A DNA stretch of 13,120 bases from Planctomycetota bacterium (GTDB lineage Bacteria > Planctomycetota > UBA1135 > GCA-002686595). A model generated the notes under the pieces. The model was given only the letters and a program-made list of their open reading frames with translations. It did no database searches and was not told where the DNA came from. Of this stretch, positions 1 to 8,823 are shown one piece after another; positions within the stretch are counted from its first letter, which is position 1; each line of letters opens with the position of its first letter. The stretch spans positions 1 through 13,120 of the forward strand of contig DRLC01000329.1 in NCBI GenBank assembly GCA_011053145.1. The letters run 5' to 3'. The position numbers were made by a program, and so were the translations under genes.

Positions 1-1889
1 AAGCCGTCCTCGATGTACTTCTTCGCGTTGTCCCAGACCCCGCCGGCGTTCGACATGAAGATGGCCATCATCACGCCCGTGACGAGCGCTCCCGCGAGCA
101 TGCCGCCGAGGGCTTGGACGCCCAGGAACTTGCCCATCAGGATCGGAGCGGCGATCGCGAGAGCGCCGGGGACGACCATCTGCTTCAGGGAGCCGGCAGT
201 AGAGATCGCGACGCAGCGGGCCGGGTCGGGCTTGCCGGTGCCCTCGAGGATCCCCGGGATCTCTCGGAATTGACGGCGGATCTCATCGACCATCTCGCTG
301 GCGGCCTTGCCCACCGCGCGCATCGTCATCGCGCTGAACAGGAACGGCAGGAAGCCGCCGACGAGCAGCCCGATCATCACCATCTGGTTGTTGATGTCGA
401 GGGTCAGCTTGCCGGGGCCGGCGACGGCCTTCTCGCAGTAGGCGCTGAACAGAGCCAGTGCGGTGAGCGCGGCCGAACCGATCGCGAATCCCTTGCCGAT
501 CGCCGCGGTGGTGTTGCCGACCGCGTCGAGGGCGTCCGTGCGCTTGCGGACCTCCTCGGGGAGTTCGGCCATCTCAGCCATGCCGCCCGCGTTGTCGGCG
601 ACCGGGCCGTAAGCGTCGACACCGAGCGAGATGCCGAGGGTCGAGAGCATGCCGACCGCGGAGATCGCGACGCCGTACACACCCGCCTGGTCGTAGGAGA
701 CCCAGATCGCGACGCAGATCAGGAGGACCGGGAGTGCGACCGACTCCATGCCGGTGGCGAGGCCGTGGATGATGTTCGTCGCCGGGCCCGTCTTCGACTG
801 CGCGGCGATGTACTGCGCGGGCCGGGTCTCCTTCGCGGTGTAGTACTCGGTGACCTTGCCGACGAGAACGCCCGCCACGAGGCCGGAGATGACCGCATAG
901 AAGAGGTTCATCCCCTGGCCCTCGGGGAGTTCGAGCCCACCGTTCGTCAGCCACCAGCTGGCCCCGATCACGAGGACCGAGGCGACGATCAGGCCGCGGA
1001 AGAGGGCGGAGTGGAGACCGTGCTCGTCCTTCGCAGCGACGAAGAAGGTTCCGATGGCCGAGGCCAGGATGCCGCAGGCCGCCACGGCGAGGGGCAGGAG
1101 GACCATGCCTTCCACACCCGGCTGCCCCGCGAACAGCGCGGCGCCCAGGGTCATCGCGGCGATGATCGAGCCGACGTAGGACTCGAACAGGTCCGCGCCC
1201 ATGCCCGCGACGTCACCGACGTTGTCGCCGACGTTGTCCGCGATCGTGCCGGGGTTGCGGGGGTCGTCCTCGGGAATGCCGGCTTCGACCTTCCCGACGA
1301 GGTCGGCACCCACGTCCGCGGCCTTCGTGAAGATCCCGCCGCCGACGCGCGCGAAGAGGGCGATCGAAGAGGCGCCGAAGCTAAAGCCGAGGACCTGTTC
1401 GAGGACCCCCTCGGTGATCTGGCCGTCCACCGCATAGATCAGGGAGAAGCCCGAGACCCCGAGCAACCCGAGGCCGACCACGCACATCCCCATCACGATG
1501 CCGGAGCTGAAGGAGACGTGCAGAGCGTCCTGGAGGCTCTTCGTCGCGGCCTGGGTCGTGCGCACGGCTGCCCGTGTCGCGGTGTGCATGCCGAAGAATC
1601 CCGCGAGACCCGAGGCGACTGCCCCGCAGACGAACGCGACCGCGGTCTTTGCACCGAGGCCCTGGGCGGGGGAGAGCCCGATCGCCGCGGCCACCACGAT
1701 CACGAAGACGATCAGCCAGCGGTATTCGGCGAAGAGGAACGCCTTGGCGCCTTGCTGGATCATCACGGCGATGTCCTGCATCTTTTGGCTGCCGGCGTCC
1801 CACTTCATGATCCCGCCGTACTTGATGAAGGCGAAGACCAGCGCCAGAACGGAGAAGGCGGCGGATACGTAGAGGAAGGTGTTGTCCAT
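1..1889 (-). CDS. hppA: Membrane-bound proton-translocating inorganic pyrophosphatase (H+-PPase), K+-dependent type. The 3' end is truncated by the window edge; 629 codons are present.
   Basis: Reverse-strand translation starts with ATG (rc of cat 1887-1889) and reads [26 protein letters not shown]. It ends at the window edge with ...[19 protein letters not shown], the typical H+-PPase C-terminus. An internal [18 protein letters not shown] motif (Ala, not Lys, after GNTT) indicates the K+-dependent subfamily. There are multiple TM segments. The frame is open to position 3, so the six-frame track does not list it. Confidence 0.9.
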   Translation of the reverse strand, partial: MDNTFLYVSAAFSVLALVFAFIKYGGIMKWDAGSQKMQDIAVMIQQGAKAFLFAEYRWLIVFVIVVAAAIGLSPAQGLGAKTAVAFVCGAVASGLAGFFGMHTATRAAVRTTQAATKSLQDALHVSFSSGIVMGMCVVGLGLLGVSGFSLIYAVDGQITEGVLEQVLGFSFGASSIALFARVGGGIFTKAADVGADLVGKVEAGIPEDDPRNPGTIADNVGDNVGDVAGMGADLFESYVGSIIAAMTLGAALFAGQPGVEGMVLLPLAVAACGILASAIGTFFVAAKDEHGLHSALFRGLIVASVLVIGASWWLTNGGLELPEGQGMNLFYAVISGLVAGVLVGKVTEYYTAKETRPAQYIAAQSKTGPATNIIHGLATGMESVALPVLLICVAIWVSYDQAGVYGVAISAVGMLSTLGISLGVDAYGPVADNAGGMAEMAELPEEVRKRTDALDAVGNTTAAIGKGFAIGSAALTALALFSAYCEKAVAGPGKLTLDINNQMVMIGLLVGGFLPFLFSAMTMRAVGKAASEMVDEIRRQFREIPGILEGTGKPDPARCVAISTAGSLKQMVVPGALAIAAPILMGKFLGVQALGGMLAGALVTGVMMAIFMSNAGGVWDNAKKYIEDG

Positions 1890-2212
1890 GTCCGGGCAGG
1901 GGGTGGGGGCTCGGTCGGAAGAGGTTCTTGGGGATTCGTGGCGAGGCCGGCATGTCCGGCTGGAGCCATCCGGTTCCTCGGGATCGAGGCCGGGTCCGAC
2001 GCGGTCGGGAACCGGGGATGTTCCGGGCGTCGGTCCAGAGGCTCCCGGGGAGCCGCACCTGGGGCCCACGGCCCGCTGCACCGACGATTTGGCGAAAGAG
2101 TCTAGAACGGACCCGCCACCTGTCAACGGCTGGGGGCCGATCCGGGTCGGGATCGCGAGAATGAGGCGTGATTTCGGGCTGATTCCCTCGTCGGGAGGAA
2201 GGCTTTTCCGCT

Positions 2213-2926
2213 CTAGCGGGGGAGCTGCGGTCCCTGCGCCTCGCCGCGCTCCGGGGGCGCGGAGCCTTCCGCCTGCCCCTGGCGGAGAGCCAGCTTGCGC
2301 GCTCTGCGAGCCAGCGATCGCCTCGTCCGCTGGCGCCGGTGCCGAACGACGAGGATCAGGGCCAGGGACAGGGCCAGGAACGCCAGGATCAGGTGCATGT
2401 CCTGCATCGTCCGCTCGAGTTCGTCCACCTTGCCCCCGAAGAGCTTGCCGAGGTAGATCGAGATCGGGACCGAGACCATCACCCCGAGGAAATCGAGCAG
2501 CAGGAACCGCGCGTAACGCATGCCCATGGTCCCCGCGAGGAAATAGCCGGGGATCCGGACCCCCGCGAAGAATCGGCACGCGAAGGTGGCCCAGTTGCCG
2601 TGCTCGTCGAAGCGCACCTTCATGCGTTCGAAGCGTTCCGGATGGATCAACCTGGCAACCCAGGGGATCTTCAGCGCGCTCGTGCCATACTTCCTCCCGA
2701 GCCAGAACGGGGCGGAGTCCCCCAGGAGAATGGCCACCGAGCACACCACCACGATGGGGATGAACTCGACCTCGCCGCGGTAGTACAGGATCCCCGAGCC
2801 GATCAGGGAGACCTCTTCGGGAAGGGGGAGTCCCATCCCGCACAGCACCAGCACCACGAAGGGGGCCAGGTAGCTGAATTCGCCGAAGATCCCGCTCAGG
2901 AAGCTAGTTTGCTCGATCCACCCCAT
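2213..2926 (-). CDS. DedA/SNARE-associated (VTT-domain) family inner-membrane protein
   Basis: 237-aa ORF with the hallmark DedA N-terminal layout (hydrophobic helix, then GLPLPEE... and FWLGRKYG). It has a highly basic C-terminal tail. Confidence 0.85.
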   Translation of the reverse strand: MGWIEQTSFLSGIFGEFSYLAPFVVLVLCGMGLPLPEEVSLIGSGILYYRGEVEFIPIVVVCSVAILLGDSAPFWLGRKYGTSALKIPWVARLIHPERFERMKVRFDEHGNWATFACRFFAGVRIPGYFLAGTMGMRYARFLLLDFLGVMVSVPISIYLGKLFGGKVDELERTMQDMHLILAFLALSLALILVVRHRRQRTRRSLARRARKLALRQGQAEGSAPPERGEAQGPQLPR

Positions 2927-3065
2927 GGATAATCCAACTCAATGGAGCGTGGAGTATAGGGAGGAGAAAGCGCAATCGAGGGACGAGTTGGGGTGAATGC
3001 TCGGCGCTGGGCCGGGTTCAAGAAGGCCCCTCCGCCCGCCGGGAGAGTTCTGTTCCTCCACCGCC

Positions 3066-3069
3066 GAGG
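3066..3069 (+). promoter_or_regulatory. Shine-Dalgarno GAGG, 7 nt upstream of the ATG at 3077
   Basis: ccgccGAGGttctgacATG. It supports 3077 rather than the upstream GTG at 2993 as the start of the YqiJ-like gene. Confidence 0.5.
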
Positions 3070-3076
3070 TTCTGAC

Positions 3077-3679
3077 ATGCAGGAAATCTGGGAATCGATT
3101 CGGGGCTGGGCCAGCGAGAACCTGACCGAATTCACCCTGACGAAGATTTACATCGCCTGTGCGATTGCGGGAGGGACCGTCCTGGTCGGGCAGACCGGTC
3201 TGAACCTCTTCGGCTTGGGCGGGGACTCGGACATCGATCCTGATGTCGATGTCGACGATCTCGAAGGCGGAGACTCGCTCAGCTTCCTTTCGATCCGGGC
3301 ACTTGCCGGTTTTCTGACCTTCTTTGGTCTCGTCGGCTGGGGTGGCACCGCGTCGGGTTGGGGAGCCGGCATCACGATCGGCGCTGCCTTCTTGGCCGGT
3401 GCCTCGGTGATGGTCTTCGTCGCCCTGATGATGCGCTTCTTCCGCCGCATGGCGATGTCCGGCACGGTCCGTCCCGCCGAGGCGGTTGGGCTCAGCGCCC
3501 AGGTCTACCTTCGGATCCCCGCTTCGAACTCGGGCAAGGGGAAGATCACCGTGAAGCTCCAGGGGCGCAGCCAGGAATTCGATGCGGTGACCCGCGGTCC
3601 CGAACTCCCGACCGGAAGCGCCTGTCGGATCGTCGCCATGCCCACGGAAGGAACCTTCGAGGTGGAGCCCCTGGAGTGA
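3077..3679 (+). CDS. YqiJ / NfeD-like inner-membrane protein (DUF1449-type) with a C-terminal OB-fold
   Basis: The N-terminal TM helix is followed by an acidic GGDSDIDPDVDVDDLEGGD segment, two Gly-rich TM helices and a soluble beta-rich C-terminal domain (KITVKLQGRSQEFDAV...). This is the architecture of E. coli YqiJ-type NfeD-like proteins that partner flotillins. It is followed 50 bp later by the flotillin gene. The six-frame ORF begins at GTG 2993; the ATG at 3077 has a GAGG SD, and 2993 would leave only 66 bp to the divergent DedA start. Confidence 0.75.
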   Translation: MQEIWESIRGWASENLTEFTLTKIYIACAIAGGTVLVGQTGLNLFGLGGDSDIDPDVDVDDLEGGDSLSFLSIRALAGFLTFFGLVGWGGTASGWGAGITIGAAFLAGASVMVFVALMMRFFRRMAMSGTVRPAEAVGLSAQVYLRIPASNSGKGKITVKLQGRSQEFDAVTRGPELPTGSACRIVAMPTEGTFEVEPLE

Positions 3680-3718
3680 AGGTTTCCCCACGAGTTCCGT
3701 ACGCCCCGAGAACCCCAT

Positions 3719-3724
3719 AGGAGG
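3719..3724 (+). promoter_or_regulatory. Shine-Dalgarno AGGAGG, 5 nt before the flotillin ATG
   Basis: cataGGAGGAccccATG. Confidence 0.65.
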
Positions 3725-3729
3725 ACCCC

Positions 3730-5436
3730 ATGCAGATGCTTGCCAGTCTCTCGGTTTATCCAGTGCTCGCTCAGAACTCGATCCTCGGTGGAAGTGTGGC
3801 CTGGGGACTGATCCCGATCGCGATCGTCCTCGTCCTCTTCGCGCTCGTCGTCGCGCTTTCTCGGCGCTACAAGCGCTGCCCCTCGAACCGGATCCTGGTT
3901 CTCTACGGGAAGACCCGTAGTGATCGAGCCGCTCGGCCGATCCACGGGGGTGGCGTCTTCGTGATGCCGATCATCCAGGACTACCAGTTCCTATCGCTCG
4001 ATCCGATGCAGATCGAGATCCCGCTGGAAGGCGCCCTCTCGATCGAGAACATCCGCGTTTCGGTGCCCTCGGTCTTCACGGTTGCGATCGGAACCGAGCC
4101 CGAGGTCATGACCAACGCGGCCATTCGCCTTCTCGGCCTCTCGACGCAGGAGATCATGAAGCAAGCCGAAGACATCATTTTCGGCCAGCTCCGCCAGGTC
4201 ATCGCTTCGATGCGGATCGAGGAGATCAACCGGGACCGGGACATCTTCCTGTCCAGCGTTCAGAGTTCCCTGGAGCCCGAGCTCCGCAAGATCGGTCTTG
4301 TCCTGATCAACGTGAACATCAAGGACATCACCGACGAGTCCGGTTACATCGAGGCCATCGGGCGCAAGGCCGCGGCCCTCGCGATCAACCAGGCCGAGGT
4401 CGATGTGGCCGAGCAGCAGAAAATGGGGGCGATCGGAATCGCGAACGCGGAGCGCGAGCGCGCGATCCAGGTGGCCGAATACGAAAAGACCCGGGACATC
4501 GGGACCAAGGCCGCGGAGCAGGAGCGTGCGGTCTCCATCGCCGAACTCGAGAAGGAGGAATTGGTCGGCCAAAAGAAGGCGAAGTACGAGCAGGAGGCCC
4601 TGATTCGGGACCAAGAGCGGGAGATGCGGATCCGGGTGGCTCAGGCCAATGCGGAAGCCGTGGAGGGCGAGAACGAAGCCAAGGCCAAGGTCGCGATCAC
4701 GAACGCGGACCTCAAGATGCGCGAGGCCGAAGCCTTCGAGCGCAGCGAGTCGCGCTCCCGCGAGGCGAACGCGGCCGTGCTCGAGGCGCAGTACCGAGCC
4801 GAAGCGCGTGCCGCGGCCGCGGAGGCGGAGAAGATCGAGGCCGAGAAACGTGCCCAGCTCGAGGCGGTGTCGCGCGCCGAAAAGGCCAAGACGATCGTCG
4901 ATGCCGAGGCCGCCGCTGCGATGAAGAAGATCGCCGCGGAAGCCGAGGCCGCCGCGATCTTCGCGAAGATGGAAGCGCGGGCGCGCGGCGAGTACGAGCT
5001 GCTCGCGAAGAAGGGAGAAGGCCTGAAGCAGATCGTCCAGAACTGCGGTGGGTCGCAGGAGGCATTCCAGATGCTCATGCTCGAGCACCTCGACCACCTC
5101 TCGGAGACCGCGGCCAAGGCGATCGCGAACATCAAGTTCGACAAGGTCATCGTCTGGGACGGCGGCCAGAACGGCGAGGGGAGCGGGAACGCGACCTCCA
5201 ACTTCCTCCGCGGCCTCGGAACCTCGCTGCCGCCGATGCTTCAGATCATGAAGGACATCGGTGGGATCGAGATGCCGGATTATTTCGGCCGGCTGATGAG
5301 TCCCGACGAGCCGGAGAAGACGATCCAGCCCCAGGCGGCACAGGCACCCGACGCCCCGGAGGGGGATCCCGAGAAGGTCGCGTCGGTGTCCGATGGAACG
5401 GACGGGCCGGACGCAGGGAAGGGCGCCGGGTCCTGA
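3730..5436 (+). CDS. Flotillin-family SPFH/band-7 protein (YqiK/FloT-like), 568 aa
   Basis: N-terminal TM helix; SPFH domain (ILVLYGK..., GGVFVMPIIQDYQFLSL, EIPLEGALSIENIRVSV); then a ~250-aa Glu/Ala/Lys/Arg-rich coiled-coil region (AEQQK..., EAEKRAQLEAVSRAEKAK...) and an acidic disordered tail. Strong SD. Operon partner of the NfeD-like gene. Confidence 0.9.
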   Translation: MQMLASLSVYPVLAQNSILGGSVAWGLIPIAIVLVLFALVVALSRRYKRCPSNRILVLYGKTRSDRAARPIHGGGVFVMPIIQDYQFLSLDPMQIEIPLEGALSIENIRVSVPSVFTVAIGTEPEVMTNAAIRLLGLSTQEIMKQAEDIIFGQLRQVIASMRIEEINRDRDIFLSSVQSSLEPELRKIGLVLINVNIKDITDESGYIEAIGRKAAALAINQAEVDVAEQQKMGAIGIANAERERAIQVAEYEKTRDIGTKAAEQERAVSIAELEKEELVGQKKAKYEQEALIRDQEREMRIRVAQANAEAVEGENEAKAKVAITNADLKMREAEAFERSESRSREANAAVLEAQYRAEARAAAAEAEKIEAEKRAQLEAVSRAEKAKTIVDAEAAAAMKKIAAEAEAAAIFAKMEARARGEYELLAKKGEGLKQIVQNCGGSQEAFQMLMLEHLDHLSETAAKAIANIKFDKVIVWDGGQNGEGSGNATSNFLRGLGTSLPPMLQIMKDIGGIEMPDYFGRLMSPDEPEKTIQPQAAQAPDAPEGDPEKVASVSDGTDGPDAGKGAGS

Positions 5437-5457
5437 ATCCCGAGTCGCGGCGGGCGG

Positions 5458-6399
5458 CTACTGGTCGCTCGCCGCTTCCTTCGCCGAGACGATGATGCCG
5501 TTCTCGACGATGAGCTCTCCGGGCGTCGTGATCACGTAGGTCAGCGAGTCGGGGAGCTCGGCGTGCTGCACGAAGCCACCTTCCGGCATGAGGTGGACCA
5601 CGCGGTTCGCCTCGTTGTCCGTCTTTTCCTCGAGCCGTACCAGCGTCACCATGCGCTCGCCCACCTCGGTCTGCGCGAGGTGCGCCAAGTGCGCAGCGCA
5701 GTGGTCGCACGTCGTGCGATAGAGGACCCAGATCCCGTCGGGGATCAGGGAGTCGAGGTCGATGAAGTCCGCGAGCGGCGTCTCATCGAGCGACTTGCCG
5801 ACCCAACTCTCCACGTCGAGTTCCAGCCAGCGCTCGCCCGCGCCCGAGTCTTCCGTGCTGTGTGCGATGCCCGGTTCCGCGAGGGTCGTCACCTGGCGGT
5901 CGAGGAGCCAGGGCAGGACGGCGACCGCGGCGAGCGTCGGCGCGAGCACCAGGGTCGGGATACGCCGTGGAGCAAGGCGCCAGGGGCGGGCGGCGAGCAT
6001 CGCGACGAGCAGCCCCGAATCGATCCCGAGCATCACCGCCGGGGGGAGGGAAACCTTCGAGCCGAAACACCCGCAGCTCGGTGCGTCGAGCATCCGCACG
6101 AGGATCGCGTCGAAGACGAGGAATACGAGCCCGAGGCCGATCCAGCCGCGTCGGGGCACGAGCAGCGCCAGCGCGGCGATGACGAGTTCGATCGTGATCG
6201 CACCGTTGTAGGTCAGCCCGAGCTCCAACGGGAACTCGCGCACGATCGGGGGCAGGTCGTTCGGCGTTCCGAGGAAGAGCTTGAAGAGCGCGCCGGCGAG
6301 GAGCCACAGGGCCCCGAGGGTCACGGCGAGGACCGCCAGCGGGCGTCGTTCGCCGGCAGCGGAGGCGCCGGTCGGGGGGGTCGGGGGCTCGGATTCCAT
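5458..6399 (-). CDS. MauE/DoxX-like redox-associated membrane protein fused to a C-terminal thioredoxin-like (CxxC) domain
   Basis: Five predicted TM helices with an intramembrane SCGCFG motif (MauE-family signature), followed by a soluble domain carrying WVLYRTTCDHCAAHL (CxxC, thioredoxin-fold type). Start chosen at the ATG (rc of 6397-6399, MESEPPTPP...). In-frame alternatives are ATG 6478-6480 and GTG 6553-6555; the longest form would overlap the divergent acyl-CoA synthetase start. Confidence 0.7.
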   Translation of the reverse strand: MESEPPTPPTGASAAGERRPLAVLAVTLGALWLLAGALFKLFLGTPNDLPPIVREFPLELGLTYNGAITIELVIAALALLVPRRGWIGLGLVFLVFDAILVRMLDAPSCGCFGSKVSLPPAVMLGIDSGLLVAMLAARPWRLAPRRIPTLVLAPTLAAVAVLPWLLDRQVTTLAEPGIAHSTEDSGAGERWLELDVESWVGKSLDETPLADFIDLDSLIPDGIWVLYRTTCDHCAAHLAHLAQTEVGERMVTLVRLEEKTDNEANRVVHLMPEGGFVQHAELPDSLTYVITTPGELIVENGIIVSAKEAASDQ

Positions 6400-6529
6400 T
6401 GGGCGGATCGGGGCTCGGTTCGGGCCGGGAAGGGTCGCCGGAGGATACGGACGCTCGGCGACGCCTGCGAGTGCCGCCATCCGATGGGCTGGGTCGGGTA
6501 CGCTCTCACCGCCACGAGAACCAGAAGAG

Positions 6530-8044
6530 ATGATCGTCCGCTTCCTGATCGACACCGCCGCGCGAGACCCCGACGCGCCCGCCGTGATCTCGGGAACCGA
6601 ACGTCTTTCCTACGGCGAACTCCTCGAGGCGGTCCGGCGCGATGCGGCTCGGCTCCATGGTGCCGGTGTCCGTGCAGGGAGCCGCGTCGCCGTCCTCGAC
6701 GCGAACACGGTCGGTTTCCTGATCTCGACCTTCTCGGTCGCCTGGCTGGGGGCAGTCCTCCAGCCCCTGAACACGCGCCTGTCCCCCCGAGAGCTCGCCG
6801 AAATCCTGCGGGATGCGGAGACGAAGGTCCTTCTCGCCGGCGAATCCCTGCGCTCCACGGCCGAGCCCCTCGCGCGGGAGGTCGAGGGCCTGGAGGTCCT
6901 CGACTGCGGGCACCCCTTCGGTGCGAGACCGGCGGCGCAGCTCCCCACGCCGGACCCCGTCCCCCGCGATCCCGGGTCCCTGGCCCACCTCTACACGACG
7001 AGCGGGACCACCGGGCGCCCCAAGGGGGTCTGCCTCACCCACGGGAACGTCGTGGTCCACGCGCGCAACGTCGTGCGGGAACTCGGGATCGGGCCGGGTG
7101 ATCGCTGGGGTCACTTCGCTCCGATGTTTCACCTCGCCGATGCCTGGGCGAATCTAGCGCTGACCCTCGTGGGCGGCGTGCATGTGCTGCTCCCGCGCTT
7201 CGATGCCGACGCGGCGCTCGAATGCATCGAGCGCGATCGCGTGACGTTGACGAACCTCGTCCCGACGATGCTCACGCGTATGGTCGCCGCCGCTACCAAG
7301 CGCTCCTTCGATCCGGCGAGCCTGCGGCTCATCCTCTCCGGCGGCGCGCCGATCACACCGGCCCTCGTGCGCCGCGTGCTTCAGACCTTCCGGTGCGAGT
7401 ACGTGCAGACCTACGGCATGACCGAGACGAGCCCGTACCTCACCCTCGGCATCCTGACCGATGAGCTGCGGGCTCTCCCCGAACCCCAGCGCCTCGCCTA
7501 TCTCGCTCGCACCGGACGGCCCTTCGCCGGGATCGATCTCGAGGTGGTTGACGAGCAGGGGCGCGAAGTCCCGAGGGATGACCGCACCGTGGGCGAGATC
7601 CGCGTGCGTGGCGCCAGCGTTTCCCCAGGCTATTGGCGACGGCCCGAGGAGACGCGCGAGGTGTTCCGCGACGGCTGGCTCTACACCGGAGACCTTGCGG
7701 TGATCGAGGAACACGGTTACGTGAACATCGTCGATCGGAAGAAGGACATGATCCTTTCCGGCGGAGAAAACGTGTACTCGGCCGAAGTGGAGAGCGTGCT
7801 CGCGGAACATCCAGCCGTGCAGGAAGTGGCCGTGTTCGCGCTCCCCGACGAGGACCTCGGCGAGCGCGTCGCCGCGGCGATCGTGCTGCACGAGGGAGAG
7901 CGCGCGGAAGAGTCCGAACTCCGGGCCTGGTGCCGGGAGCGCATCGCTCACTACAAGGTGCCACGCGAAGTGCGGTTCCTCGAGGAGCTTCCCCGGACCG
8001 GTTCCGGCAAGGTTTCGAAGAAGGTGCTGCGCGAGGGGCGGTAG
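6530..8044 (+). CDS. AMP-dependent synthetase/ligase (acyl-CoA synthetase, FadD-like)
   Basis: AMP-binding motif I YTTSGTTGRPKGV, TYGMTETSP, GWLYTGDLAV...VDRKKDMILSGGENVYSAEVE, and C-terminal GKVSKKVLR. The six-frame ORF starts at 6281 with an R/G-rich leader; the conserved N-terminus MIVRFLIDTAARDPDAPAVI begins at ATG 6530. Confidence 0.9.
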   Translation: MIVRFLIDTAARDPDAPAVISGTERLSYGELLEAVRRDAARLHGAGVRAGSRVAVLDANTVGFLISTFSVAWLGAVLQPLNTRLSPRELAEILRDAETKVLLAGESLRSTAEPLAREVEGLEVLDCGHPFGARPAAQLPTPDPVPRDPGSLAHLYTTSGTTGRPKGVCLTHGNVVVHARNVVRELGIGPGDRWGHFAPMFHLADAWANLALTLVGGVHVLLPRFDADAALECIERDRVTLTNLVPTMLTRMVAAATKRSFDPASLRLILSGGAPITPALVRRVLQTFRCEYVQTYGMTETSPYLTLGILTDELRALPEPQRLAYLARTGRPFAGIDLEVVDEQGREVPRDDRTVGEIRVRGASVSPGYWRRPEETREVFRDGWLYTGDLAVIEEHGYVNIVDRKKDMILSGGENVYSAEVESVLAEHPAVQEVAVFALPDEDLGERVAAAIVLHEGERAEESELRAWCRERIAHYKVPREVRFLEELPRTGSGKVSKKVLREGR

Positions 8045-8084
8045 CGGGCGGCGAATCCCCCTCGGTGGTTCCGATCGACAGCGG

Positions 8085-8109
8085 CATGGGGCAGGATCTT
8101 GTCCCCATG
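8085..8109 (+). promoter_or_regulatory. Hairpin (7-bp stem catgggg/ccccatg, 11-nt loop) spanning both candidate start codons of the TerC gene
   Basis: Stem 8085-8091 pairs with 8103-8109. The ATG at 8086 and the ATG at 8107 lie in opposite stem arms. Possible translation-initiation control, or a weak 3' stem for the upstream synthetase gene. Confidence 0.3.
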
Positions 8110-8823
8110 GATTGGCTGACATCCCCGGACGCCTGGATCGCGCTCCTGACCCTGACCCTCCTCGAGATCGTCCTGGGTGTGGACAACCTCGTCTTCCTCT
8201 CGATCCTCTCGGGGCGGCTGCCCGCCGAGCGCCAGGCGAGTGCGCGCCGTATCGGTTTGGGCCTGGCGCTCGTCGGCCGCATCGCGCTGCTCTCCTGTGT
8301 CGCCTGGTTGATGCGGCTCGAGAGCCCGCTCTTTCACGCCTTCGGCCGCGACATTTCGACGCGCGATCTGATCCTGCTCGCCGGGGGGCTCTTCCTGCTC
8401 TTCAAGGCGACCCACGAGATTCACGGAAACATGGAGGGAGACGGCGAGGAAGCGCCGCGCTCCACGAATCCGCCGAGCTTTTCCTCCGTCCTCCTGCAGA
8501 TCCTGGTGCTCGATCTCGTCTTCTCCCTGGACTCGGTGATCACCGCCGTCGGCATGGCGGACGATCTCGGGGTCATGATCGTCGCCGTCGTCCTGGCGGT
8601 CGTTTTCATGATGTGGACCGCCGATGCCGTCGCGGACTTCATCGAGAGGCATCCCACCGTGAAGATGCTCGCCCTCTCGTTCCTTCTCCTGGTCGGAACC
8701 GCGCTGATCGCCGACGGCCTCTCGTTCCACATCCCACGCGGCTACATCTACTTCGCGATGGCGTTCTCGGTCTTCGTCGAGGTCTTGAACCTCAGGAGCG
8801 GTGCCCGCCGCAGGACGCCCTAG
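8107..8823 (+). CDS. TerC-family integral membrane protein (short YkoY/Alx-like form, ~238 aa)
   Basis: MDWLTSPDAWIALLTLTLLEIVLGVDNLVFLSIL... is the canonical TerC N-terminus. There is a second VLDLVFSLDSVITAVGM repeat half and ~7 TM segments. The track ORF (7633) is over-extended into the synthetase; the in-frame ATG at 8086 is an alternative start. Confidence 0.85.
   Translation: MDWLTSPDAWIALLTLTLLEIVLGVDNLVFLSILSGRLPAERQASARRIGLGLALVGRIALLSCVAWLMRLESPLFHAFGRDISTRDLILLAGGLFLLFKATHEIHGNMEGDGEEAPRSTNPPSFSSVLLQILVLDLVFSLDSVITAVGMADDLGVMIVAVVLAVVFMMWTADAVADFIERHPTVKMLALSFLLLVGTALIADGLSFHIPRGYIYFAMAFSVFVEVLNLRSGARRRTP

Noticed and set aside
1894-1909. G-run tract gggcagggggtgggggc immediately upstream of the hppA start (possible G-quadruplex)
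   Set aside because: There are only three strong G-runs, and G-richness is expected in a ~70% GC intergenic region. Nothing distinguishes it from background.
114-2105. 663-aa + strand ORF (TTG start) and other long ORFs antisense to or overlapping real genes (e.g. 3991-5097 -, 5563-7101 +, 7154-8122 -, 8792-9772 -, 10889-11974 -, 1879-2763 +)
   Set aside because: Their translations are R/P/G/D-rich low-complexity text with no recognisable motifs. Each lies opposite, or in the case of 1879-2763 largely overlapping, a clearly conserved gene in another frame. This is the standard high-GC open-frame artefact.
2971-2981. 9-mer cgcaatcga shared between the dedA/yqiJ divergent promoter and the repeat element (12429-12437)
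   Set aside because: A single short match in 13 kb is within chance expectation, and no second shared motif supports a common regulator.
2993-3076. GTG start at 2993 for the YqiJ-like gene (MNARRWAGFKKAPPPAGR...)
   Set aside because: The extension is basic and Pro-rich with no SD. The ATG at 3077 has a GAGG SD at ideal spacing and begins the conserved N-terminus. The longer form would also leave almost no divergent promoter space to the DedA gene.
4640-4990. Repetitive gccgaggc / gcggccgc-type nucleotide periodicity inside the flotillin gene
   Set aside because: It is the DNA shadow of the Glu/Ala/Lys-rich coiled-coil (AEAEKIEAEKRAQ...). The units are not regular in length and there are no spacers, so it is not a CRISPR array or a tandem repeat element.
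5437-5457. Possible bidirectional terminator between the convergent flotillin and MauE-Trx genes
   Set aside because: The 21-bp gap holds only a 4-bp stem with no U-tract on either strand. Any terminator would have to lie within coding sequence, so it is not supportable from sequence.
8045-8106. yybP-ykoY Mn2+ riboswitch expected upstream of the TerC gene
   Set aside because: The spacer is only 62 bp, and I could not find the conserved riboswitch helices or loop sequences by eye. Reported as a finding to be checked by covariance-model search, not as a feature.
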